From Candidatus Hydrogenedentota bacterium (lineage in GTDB: Bacteria > Hydrogenedentota > Hydrogenedentia > Hydrogenedentales > SLHB01): DNA of 45,239 nucleotides. Position 1 is the stretch's first letter. Each line of letters starts with the position of its first letter. The stretch covers positions 1 to 45,239 of the forward strand of contig BTWA01000045.1 of the NCBI GenBank assembly GCA_045863295.1. Direction: 5' to 3'. The notes below the pieces were generated by a model. That model had not been told where the DNA came from, made no database searches, and worked only from the letters and a program-made list of their open reading frames with translations. The position numbers and the translations under genes were made by a program. Shown in pieces: positions 1 to 8,046 of the stretch.

Positions 1-2
1 AG

Positions 3-2315
3 TCACTAGTGCAATTGGCTCGCCAGTATCACTGCATCCCAGTAGCCGTCGTATTGGACATAGACGTGGACGTGTGCGTCGAGAGAAATCGAAGCCGCGA
101 GGATCGCCAGTTTGGCCCCCACGTGATTCGGCGCCAGCAGTCACAATTGCGTCGTTCTCTACGCGGCCTGCGCAAGGAAGGCCTGCGGCACGTATATATT
201 CTCAAAAATCCGGCCGAAGTGAACTCCGTGTCAATCGTACGGGAACCGCTATGGAACAATCGCAAGTTTGACTCCGGCCCGTTTGACATTATTGGAGATG
301 TGCACGGGTGTTTTGAAGAGTGCCGGGCTCTATTGAAGTCATTGGGGTACACAATAGGGGAGTCGGATCAAGAAACGTATGGCTATCGCGTGATTCCGCC
401 AGAAGGACGCAAGGCCGTATTCCTTGGGGATCTGGTAGATCGTGGTCCAGGCGTTGTCCCCGTGCTGCGTTTGGTGATGAGCATGGTTGAAAGCGGTACG
501 GCCCTGTGCGTCCCTGGCAATCATGACCTGAAGCTAGTCCGAAAATTGCGCGGCAAAAACGTAAAAGTGCAACACGGTCTCGCCGAATCCCTGGAGCAGT
601 TGGAAAGGGAAAGTCCCGAGTTTCGAGATCAAACGGTCTCATTTCTGGACGGACTTGTCAGTCATTACGTACTCGACGACGGGAAGCTCGTCGTCGCTCA
701 TGCAGGAATGAAGGAAGTCATGCAAGGCAGAGGTTCGGCCGCCGTACGCGATTTCGCCTTGTATGGCGAAACTACAGGCGAGACCGATGAATTCGGCTTG
801 CCTGTTCGTTATCCGTGGGCGCAAGACTACCGAGGACGTGCGACGGTCGTTTACGGCCATACCCCCGTGCCGGAAGCCGAGTGGCTCAATCGCACCATCA
901 ATATTGACACGGGTTGCGTATTTGGCGGAAAACTGACAGCACTTCGGTATCCTGAAATGGAATTGGTGACTATTCCCGCGGCGAAGGAGTATGCAGCGCC
1001 GGTACGTCCCTTGAGCAATACTATTAATAGAGAACTTGGCGAGGACCTGCTACGCATCTCTGACGTGAACGGTAAGCGAATCATCTCGACTCGGCTGCGC
1101 TCGAATATTACTTTACGCGAAGAAAACAGCGCCGCGGCATTGGAAGCTGTTAGCCGCTTCGCAGTCGATCCGCACTGGTTGATCTACCTTCCGCCCACGA
1201 TGTCGCCCACCCCTACCAGCGCACTAACCGATTACCTCGAATACCCAACAGAGGCTTTTTCGCACTATGCGAAGCACGGTGTAGGTCAAATCGTATGCCA
1301 GGAAAAGCACATGGGTTCGCGCGTAATTGCAATCGTCTGCCGGGAACCGGAAACTGCGCAGAAACGCTTTGGCGCGGCCGCGAGTTCACTAGGCGTTTGT
1401 TACACTCGCACCGGCCGCCCCTTCTTCAAGGACCCGGCATTGGAGCAAGCCTTGCTTGACCGAATTCGATGTGTGGCGAAGTTGTCTGGATTGTGGGACG
1501 AATTGGAAACGCGTTGGATGTGCTTGGACTGCGAACTAATGCCGTGGTCCGCGAAGGCACAGGACCTCATTAGAAGGCAGTATGCACCCGTGGGTGTTTC
1601 ATCTACAGTTGCATTGCACGCTGCTAAGGAGCAGTTGGCAAGAGCCCTTACAAGAGGCATCGTCATGGAAGAATCGCAGGCAAGCATTCCCGCCCGCATT
1701 TCCCAAAGCCTGTCGATGTGCGAAGCATACGGTGACGCATATCGGCGCTACTGTTGGCAGGTGAATAGTCTGCACGACCTCAAGTTGGCCCCATTTCACA
1801 TCATGGCTTCGGAAGGCCATGTGCACACGGATAAGGCGCACAGTTGGCATGTGGACATTGCACGGCGCATGGCAAATGCGGACTGTGATATGAATGGCCC
1901 GAAAGCTGTACTGAAAGAGACGCATTGCCGGTTTGTCGACATGACCAATCATGAACAGATCGCATCGGCTGTCGAGTGGTGGGAGACATTGACAGCGGCC
2001 GGTGGAGAGGGCATGGTCGTAAAGCCGGCCAACTTCGTAGTTACTGACGGTCGCGGATTGTTGCAACCTGCGCTAAAGTGTCGAGGCCGCGAATACCTGC
2101 GTATCATTTACGGACCAGAATACACTGCACCGGAAAATATGGAAAGGTTGCGCGCACGCTCTCTTGGAGCAAAACGTTCCCTGGCACTGCGCGAGTTCGC
2201 GCTCGGTGTCGAATCCCTGGAACGATTCGTGCAGTATGAACCGCTTTATAGGGTACACGAATGCGCATTTGCCGTTCTTGCCCTCGAAAGCGAGCCTGTG
2301 GACCCTCGCCTTTAG
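3..2315 (+). CDS. pnkp: Bacterial polynucleotide kinase-phosphatase-ligase (Pnkp), 5'-truncated by the window edge
   Basis: Tail of the kinase domain, then metallophosphoesterase motifs GDVHG, GDLVDRG, GNHD and HAG, then adenylyltransferase motifs EKHMGSR and EGMVVKP; C-terminus ALESEPVDPRL is typical of bacterial Pnkp. The frame is open to the window start. Confidence 0.93.
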   Translation, partial: SLVQLARQYHCIPVAVVLDIDVDVCVERNRSREDRQFGPHVIRRQQSQLRRSLRGLRKEGLRHVYILKNPAEVNSVSIVREPLWNNRKFDSGPFDIIGDVHGCFEECRALLKSLGYTIGESDQETYGYRVIPPEGRKAVFLGDLVDRGPGVVPVLRLVMSMVESGTALCVPGNHDLKLVRKLRGKNVKVQHGLAESLEQLERESPEFRDQTVSFLDGLVSHYVLDDGKLVVAHAGMKEVMQGRGSAAVRDFALYGETTGETDEFGLPVRYPWAQDYRGRATVVYGHTPVPEAEWLNRTINIDTGCVFGGKLTALRYPEMELVTIPAAKEYAAPVRPLSNTINRELGEDLLRISDVNGKRIISTRLRSNITLREENSAAALEAVSRFAVDPHWLIYLPPTMSPTPTSALTDYLEYPTEAFSHYAKHGVGQIVCQEKHMGSRVIAIVCREPETAQKRFGAAASSLGVCYTRTGRPFFKDPALEQALLDRIRCVAKLSGLWDELETRWMCLDCELMPWSAKAQDLIRRQYAPVGVSSTVALHAAKEQLARALTRGIVMEESQASIPARISQSLSMCEAYGDAYRRYCWQVNSLHDLKLAPFHIMASEGHVHTDKAHSWHVDIARRMANADCDMNGPKAVLKETHCRFVDMTNHEQIASAVEWWETLTAAGGEGMVVKPANFVVTDGRGLLQPALKCRGREYLRIIYGPEYTAPENMERLRARSLGAKRSLALREFALGVESLERFVQYEPLYRVHECAFAVLALESEPVDPRL

Positions 2316-4477
2316 GGCAATGCAAAGTCGAACGACTGGTCTTCACCTTCGGTAACTTTCAGCGTGTGAAACACCCGCGGCCGATCTTTCTCTCGCGCTT
2401 CGCCTTCCAGTTTCTCGTTGTTGTAGCAAAAACCCATTAACGTGTATTCGCCTGGTTCTAACCCTTTGAATTCATACACGCCTCTCTGGCGCATCCGTTC
2501 GGTCGAGGCAACCAGACGTTGCACATAGTCATGTAAAGGCAGCCCTTCTTCCACGGACGTAATTCGGCCAGGAAACAAGTGGACCCGGCCGCGGGCATAG
2601 TAATCAGGAAATGTAAACGTGCCGTGGATGCTTGCAGAGCCCGTCATCGAAATGGTCAATGACTGCATTTCACCGGCAGTCAAGGTTACCGTTCGGTTTG
2701 CGTGCCGGAAATAGGTCGTATCCGCCTGACCCGTCACGGCATTCACGTGAATTAAGTACTCGCCTGCACAGAGACCGGCCGCACGAAACCGCCCCGCTTC
2801 GTCTATGTCGGCGCTTTTGAGGATATCTTCTCGTCCATCGGGAAGAAGAACCGGCCGGCCATCCGTATGATAGAGATGAACGCTGCCGCCGGAAGGTGTT
2901 CCGTTTAGAGTGACCATTCCTTCAACTACCGCTTCGGGTGGCATCTGCAAATCGGCTTCGCGGGTTTGTCCGCTTGCCACGTTCTCGGTCAGAAGAGTCG
3001 CCGGATAGCCAGGCGCTGTCAGTTGAAGCGTTACCGTGCCCGGCGAGACATTTGCCAATTCGAACCGGCCATCCGCCGCCACCGTGACCTCCCCGTCTTC
3101 CGGGTTGGGTTCCGTAAGTGACTCAACGTTACGCACACGCATCTCGTAGCCACTGACGGCCGCGCCGGTTGCGCTGTTCAACACGCGCCCTACCAGCCTG
3201 CCTCGATCCAACTCCGATTCAACCACCACTTTAAGATTCGAGAGCGACTGCCCGGAAGCGACCTCGAATTCCGGATTACGTGATCGCTGATTTATCTTGC
3301 CCCACGGGTCATGAATGGAGAACGAGTACGTTCCAGGGGGAACGGCTTTGAACTGAAATCGTCCGTTGGTGTCCGTACGAGTCATACCCGGTACGATGGT
3401 TTCCACCGTAAAGGGCTTTGATTCAACTATATTCACGGCGTTAAGCGAAAAGTACCATTCGTGCATGGGTCGATCGCGTGTGTCCAGTACAATTCCCGAC
3501 AGCACCGCCTCTTTTTCCAACAGGAGATCGCCCACCGAAAAGACTTCGCCATCAAATTCGGCGGTCTGAACAACTTCCTGCAGACGAGGTGGCGCGTCGT
3601 CGATTCCCAATTCTGAAGAAATTCGCGCAAATTGCGTGTGGGCCGCTCGCGTTATCCCGACTAATTCCGGCGTAACCACCGGCAACGTCATGCGGCAACC
3701 CGCGTAGCCTTCCAACTCCGCTTTGATAACATAAGTCGACACGGGGAGTTGGCCGCCCAGATACTGCGCAGCGTCCCAAAACGACGCGGGACATAAGTCG
3801 TCAACGCGAAACCGGCCATTGTGATCCGTGACCGTCTTCACGGTTTCCAAGGACTGATTCCAATGCAATCCCGTCCCCGCAATGCCCCCGGAATCACCCG
3901 CAGGTACTTCCGCCGGATCGATGGAAATTGCCGCCCCAGGCAAACCGTTGTCGCTCGAATCCACAACGCGACCCGAAATGACAATCCCATCGAAGCGGAA
4001 TGTCAACGCAACATCGCCAGACTCTTTGCCGGGTCCCACTTCCACGCGCTTGCACTGCTCGTAAGCGTCTCGCTTCATCCGTACCGCGCCTTCGGGCGAC
4101 TGCGCGCGCACGGTGTACCATCCCGGAGGCAACCCCGCAAATTCATATCGGCCTCGGGCGTCACTAAGTGTCGTCATGGATACACCTGGACGGGCACTTT
4201 CCAGCGTCACGATAACGTCTTTCAACGCTCTTCCAGACTCCTGCATGAACTTGCGAAGAAGGCCTTGATAAAACGAATTCATCTCTTGTTCGGTCATCCC
4301 CATGGCCCCAACCACGTTCTCCAGTACGCCGGGCTGATAGGTCACCGTCGCGTCATATACGGTACCTTGAATAACGTCGTCGTGCTTATCCTCGCTCACG
4401 GCATATTTTGGTAATAACGTCAATATAGCTGCGAGCAGAATCCCCAGGACAACGGCCCTTGAACGTACACGTAACAT
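2312..4477 (-). CDS. Secreted protein with multiple carboxypeptidase-regulatory-like (transthyretin-like beta-sandwich) repeats
   Basis: Signal-like N-terminus (RSRAVVLGILLAAILTLLP). Repeated T/SDxxGRF/Y...L.PGxY units and I/LSGxVxD strands. ATG 4477 follows a GAAGGGGGA RBS-like sequence; the ORF track starts at 4540. Confidence 0.75.
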   Translation of the reverse strand: MLRVRSRAVVLGILLAAILTLLPKYAVSEDKHDDVIQGTVYDATVTYQPGVLENVVGAMGMTEQEMNSFYQGLLRKFMQESGRALKDVIVTLESARPGVSMTTLSDARGRYEFAGLPPGWYTVRAQSPEGAVRMKRDAYEQCKRVEVGPGKESGDVALTFRFDGIVISGRVVDSSDNGLPGAAISIDPAEVPAGDSGGIAGTGLHWNQSLETVKTVTDHNGRFRVDDLCPASFWDAAQYLGGQLPVSTYVIKAELEGYAGCRMTLPVVTPELVGITRAAHTQFARISSELGIDDAPPRLQEVVQTAEFDGEVFSVGDLLLEKEAVLSGIVLDTRDRPMHEWYFSLNAVNIVESKPFTVETIVPGMTRTDTNGRFQFKAVPPGTYSFSIHDPWGKINQRSRNPEFEVASGQSLSNLKVVVESELDRGRLVGRVLNSATGAAVSGYEMRVRNVESLTEPNPEDGEVTVAADGRFELANVSPGTVTLQLTAPGYPATLLTENVASGQTREADLQMPPEAVVEGMVTLNGTPSGGSVHLYHTDGRPVLLPDGREDILKSADIDEAGRFRAAGLCAGEYLIHVNAVTGQADTTYFRHANRTVTLTAGEMQSLTISMTGSASIHGTFTFPDYYARGRVHLFPGRITSVEEGLPLHDYVQRLVASTERMRQRGVYEFKGLEPGEYTLMGFCYNNEKLEGEAREKDRPRVFHTLKVTEGEDQSFDFALP

Positions 4478-4508
4478 ACTTCCCCCTTCGGCCGGATCGG
4501 CCTTTGAA

Positions 4509-6020
4509 TCAAGGCGTTTCGGGCGCTGATTCAATGCCATGCGCCTTCAGCGTGCGCACTGCGATGTGCCGCGCAATCCCCCAACTGCGCCAGTCTGTCA
4601 ACGAGTTTTTGCCCATCCAATGGGCAAACCAATCGGAGTATTCTCTGTCCTGAGCCAGCACCTCCGCGAGCACCGGAATGGAGTCCGCGCTCAATTGCAG
4701 ATTGTATTTGCTATCAAAAACCTTCCCGGCCTCCAGCCGCGCCAGATTATGCCGGACGATGAACGCGTCGGGGTTGGCTAGATTGAGCAAGAGGACAAAC
4801 ACAAATCCGGTCACTATCGATCCGGGAACAAACCGATCCCGCTTCTCCCGGTGCACCGTGGCGAAATACCAGACAAATAAGAGCGCCAGCCACACCATGA
4901 ATACCGTCGTATACAGACGCAGTTCCGTCAATCCATAGGCCTCGGTATAGAGAAACATGCGGTGCAATGCGCTGGCCATCAGCAAATAGATGAGCATGAT
5001 CCAGACAATCGACAGCCGCCGCTGTATGCGCCGCAGCGTGACACTTGCCTCGCGCATGAGCCAATCGGCCGTGAATAGCAGCGGCAGCGCCAAGGCAGAA
5101 GCCGCGACGAGTTGAAAGAATCCTTCCCGGGCGTATTCTGCGTAGGTCACCCCTGTCTTCGCCTGAATCAGCGCGTCGCCTCCGAGAAAGCGGGGGAGTT
5201 GTGTCAGTAGAAAAGAGGCAAACAGCAAGACGAGCGAGACCAGCGGTATCAATACGGTTGGCGCCTCGCTGCGAACGGCATCGGCGCGCCGGAGTTCTTC
5301 CTCCGGTATCACATGTCCGATCGCCACTGCGCGCAAATAGCCCCCAATCAACCACGTGCACAATGCAGTAACAAGTATGTGAGTAGCAAGGTCATGCCAG
5401 TCCAGGTCAAGCAGGTGCGTTACATAGTGGCTGAACAACGCGTCCGCCGTCATGAACAACCGGCCAAACACAAAAAGCAGCGGTACCGTAATGAGAAGTC
5501 CCAGACCGCTCGACCACCCCAGCCGGATCCACAGGTCCATGGACGGCCGGTTCTCGTGCTCGGTGATCCGGGAATACGATTCCGGGATATCTTTGGCCAA
5601 CAAAAGCGGCATTCCAGCGGCACCGCCTATCCCGGCTTCGACGGCTGCCACAAAGTGTTTGAGAAAGGAGGAGTCGCGCAAGCGTTGTGTGAAGGGCGAA
5701 ATAAGCAACTGGATGCAGGCAACCAAAATGGCGAGTACATTGAGTGCCTTCAAAACGTCCGAATCGCGCCATAGGATCAACAAGCCAAATCCGCCCACAG
5801 CCGCAACCCGGCTCCATCGATCCCACGCGATCGCGGGATGGCACTTCCCAAGCAGGAATACGAGGCAGCAGGCAAGCGTCAAGAACCAGATCGATGCATT
5901 GAGGCCCCATGGCCCCACACGCAACAACTGATCGGCCAGCGTGCCTAGCAGTAGCCCACAAGCAGCAACACGGATTGTGGCGGGCAAAGTCGGTTTCGAA
6001 GATGTGTCATGCTCGCTCAT
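4509..6020 (-). CDS. DUF4153/DUF4173-family polytopic membrane protein
   Basis: Many TM segments plus family motifs [13 protein letters not shown], RMxLYxxAYGLTx[20 protein letters not shown] and DWRSW. ATGA overlap with the upstream uppS-like gene. Confidence 0.82.
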   Translation of the reverse strand: MSEHDTSSKPTLPATIRVAACGLLLGTLADQLLRVGPWGLNASIWFLTLACCLVFLLGKCHPAIAWDRWSRVAAVGGFGLLILWRDSDVLKALNVLAILVACIQLLISPFTQRLRDSSFLKHFVAAVEAGIGGAAGMPLLLAKDIPESYSRITEHENRPSMDLWIRLGWSSGLGLLITVPLLFVFGRLFMTADALFSHYVTHLLDLDWHDLATHILVTALCTWLIGGYLRAVAIGHVIPEEELRRADAVRSEAPTVLIPLVSLVLLFASFLLTQLPRFLGGDALIQAKTGVTYAEYAREGFFQLVAASALALPLLFTADWLMREASVTLRRIQRRLSIVWIMLIYLLMASALHRMFLYTEAYGLTELRLYTTVFMVWLALLFVWYFATVHREKRDRFVPGSIVTGFVFVLLLNLANPDAFIVRHNLARLEAGKVFDSKYNLQLSADSIPVLAEVLAQDREYSDWFAHWMGKNSLTDWRSWGIARHIAVRTLKAHGIESAPETP

Positions 6021-6802
6021 GCCGGCTGCCCGCCCGCCTGAGCCAGTGTCACGCTGGAACCAGTCGTCAGTCCGCCGAATCGCCTCTGACGCCGGTGATA
6101 CGCTATCACCGCATCCGCAAGCGCAGCTTCGTCAAAGTCCGGCCACATCAGCGGCGTGAAGTACAACTCGGCGTACGCACATTCCCACAAAAGAAAGTCA
6201 CTCAGCCGCTGCTCGCCGCCGGTCCGTATCAGCAAGTCCACGTCATAACCGCGATGGGTGAGGGGTTCATCCTCGTACATCAAATCGGAAAACACACCCC
6301 GGGAGAGGGGCGGCGAGTCCGCGACGCGGCGAGCCGCCGCAAGAATCGCGTCTCGGGAGGAATAGTCCACCGCGATACGAAACGTAAGCCTTTGGCCATC
6401 TTGGGTAGCAGCTTCCGAACGCTCAATCGCGCGCAACAGTACCGGATTCAAGCGCGATCGTTTTCCAATCATTTGAAGTCGAACCCCTTGCTGAACACAG
6501 GTTCGAGTTTCTTTCTCAAGAAACAACTTCAATAATTTCATCAACGCGGATACTTCATCCTTGGGCCTCCGCCAGTTGTCGGAGGAAAAAGCGTAGACCG
6601 TCAGCATGGAGATGCCCAGTTCAGGGGCCGCTTCGACGATCGTGCGAACCGCTCGCACCCCCGCGCGATGCCCCTCGGTCCGGGGAAGCCCGCGCGCTTC
6701 GGCCCATCGTCCGTTACCGTCCATGATAATGGCGCAATGGAGGTCTCCAGCCATCTCAGGCCTTTCCAGAGAAGTACTTTGTAATGCAAAGTTGGCCGAC
6801 AT
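6017..6802 (-). CDS. uppS: cis-prenyltransferase (UppS/IspU-family paralog)
   Basis: [46 protein letters not shown] and C-terminal RRFGG. AAGGAG RBS 7 nt before ATG 6802. Confidence 0.92.
   Translation of the reverse strand: MSANFALQSTSLERPEMAGDLHCAIIMDGNGRWAEARGLPRTEGHRAGVRAVRTIVEAAPELGISMLTVYAFSSDNWRRPKDEVSALMKLLKLFLEKETRTCVQQGVRLQMIGKRSRLNPVLLRAIERSEAATQDGQRLTFRIAVDYSSRDAILAAARRVADSPPLSRGVFSDLMYEDEPLTHRGYDVDLLIRTGGEQRLSDFLLWECAYAELYFTPLMWPDFDEAALADAVIAYHRRQRRFGGLTTGSSVTLAQAGGQPA
6772..6792. promoter_or_regulatory. Operator-like site, copy 2 (ACTTTG-N5-CAAAGT), inside the uppS 5' coding region
   Basis: AAGTACTTTGTAATGCAAAGT has perfect 6-bp dyad arms and is 17/21 identical to the site at 7817-7837. 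Confidence 0.7.
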
Positions 6803-6813
6803 AAAAAAACTCC

Positions 6814-7191
6814 TTACCCTTCGCGAACACGCTGTATTAACGACTCCATCTGGGACAAGTACCGCTCCAACGCCGACCGGCCCTTCGAGGTCAATTCGTA
6901 TTCGGTCTTGGGCGTCCGGTCTTCAAAGAACTTCTTGCACGCAATATACCCCGCGTCTTCCAACTTGCGCGCATGAGTGGACAAATTCCCGTCGCTCGTG
7001 CCCAATATCCGTTTCAGTTCGTTAAACGAAAGCGACGCGTTCACGGCCAACGCGCTGACAATCGCGAGCCGGTACTTCTCATAGATCACCCGATCAAAAT
7101 CAATGGTTTCCTGAACACCCGATGACACAACATCCAAGGGTGCGCCCTTGTCGGTCGGAGCAGGCTTTCGAGCAAAATTCTTATCCGCCAT
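6814..7191 (-). CDS. Winged helix-turn-helix transcriptional regulator (ArsR/MarR-like, HTH_34 type)
   Basis: RLAIVSALA...[46 protein letters not shown]. Start overlaps the stop of the upstream gene. Confidence 0.88.
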   Translation of the reverse strand: MADKNFARKPAPTDKGAPLDVVSSGVQETIDFDRVIYEKYRLAIVSALAVNASLSFNELKRILGTSDGNLSTHARKLEDAGYIACKKFFEDRTPKTEYELTSKGRSALERYLSQMESLIQRVREG

Positions 7192-7783
7192 AACGCCTCG
7201 CAATGATCAACCCGAAGAGTATATGCAGGCCACCAAACCCAACCGCCATCCATAGGTCGTTCATCCACACGGGAGTGATAAACGCCACCACCCCCAGGCC
7301 CATGAAACAAAGGCCCATGACGGGCACAATCTTTATCGAATGGGCGCCGCCCGTTACAACCCCGGCACCGTACAATACAAGCCAAAGCCCGGGCAGCAAG
7401 TCGAAGTTCCCCAGCCGCCAAAGTACTAACGTCAGCAAAAATCCCGCAGCCAGTGTAGGCAACATGCCAAGGCCGAACCGGCGGCCTGGCCCGTCAAACA
7501 TGGACTCACTGGTACGCCGGCATTTCGCGAACATCGCACCGCCGCCCAGCGTCGCTGCTCCGCAGGCTGTGGCTAGCCAAATCGCCAGCCACGCGCCACG
7601 CGCTTCCACCAGCGAAGCACCCACGGTTCCCACCAACGCCACTACGCCCATAATGGCGGTGCCCCAACCAGGTACGGCGGTAAAGGCCTTGGACCGCTCC
7701 ATCGTTTGCCGAATGTACTGGAGATTGTCCATCGCCCGAAGATGGAGATGCACTGGCTCGTCGGTGTTGGGTGCCGGTTTCAT
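7181..7783 (-). CDS. Conserved hypothetical membrane protein (about 6 TM)
   Basis: N-terminal AMDNLQYIRQTMERS helix followed by hydrophobic segments, ending GFGGLHILFG. Translationally coupled to the wHTH gene. Confidence 0.8.
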   Translation of the reverse strand: MKPAPNTDEPVHLHLRAMDNLQYIRQTMERSKAFTAVPGWGTAIMGVVALVGTVGASLVEARGAWLAIWLATACGAATLGGGAMFAKCRRTSESMFDGPGRRFGLGMLPTLAAGFLLTLVLWRLGNFDLLPGLWLVLYGAGVVTGGAHSIKIVPVMGLCFMGLGVVAFITPVWMNDLWMAVGFGGLHILFGLIIARRYGG

Positions 7784-7789
7784 ACATCC

Positions 7790-7818
7790 ATCGTAACGAT
7801 TGGTCTTGATTGTGTCAA
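7790..7818 (-). promoter_or_regulatory. Sigma70-type promoter, probably producing a leaderless transcript
   Basis: Minus strand TTGACA (7818-7813), 17 nt, TACGAT (7795-7790), then only 6 nt to ATG 7783. Confidence 0.75.
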
Positions 7819-7837
7819 GTACTTTTCAATACAAAGC
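7817..7837. promoter_or_regulatory. Operator-like site, copy 1, overlapping the -35 element
   Basis: AAGTACTTTTCAATACAAAGC; imperfect dyad ACTTT-N7-AAAGC; 17/21 identical to 6772-6792. Confidence 0.7.
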
Positions 7838-7890
7838 GCATCGGGCTCCCCCAACCCCAACGTTCTTGGCGGAATATTTTTCCTAGCCCA

Positions 7891-7919
7891 TTGATTCAAG
7901 GGACTTTGCGTGATACACT
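7891..7919 (+). promoter_or_regulatory. Sigma70-type promoter for the TPR/flagellar regulatory operon
   Basis: TTGATT, 17 nt, TACACT with an extended-10 TG; divergent from the uppS cassette promoter. Confidence 0.5.
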
Positions 7920-8046
7920 ACCACCTATTGTATCGAGGCGATCTCGGTTTGCACATTATCTTGTAGGTGGGACGCGGCCACCCATAAGCGTTTGGGGTGG
8001 GCTCACCCCATACGAAGGCATGAAATAAATCGGAGAAGCCCGGTCT

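Noticed and set aside
7921..8046. c-di-GMP-I riboswitch upstream of the flagellar TPR gene (GTGGGACGC plus stems)
   Set aside because: The GGCAAAC and GCAAAG core elements and the GNRA/receptor pair are absent; only generic hairpins are present.
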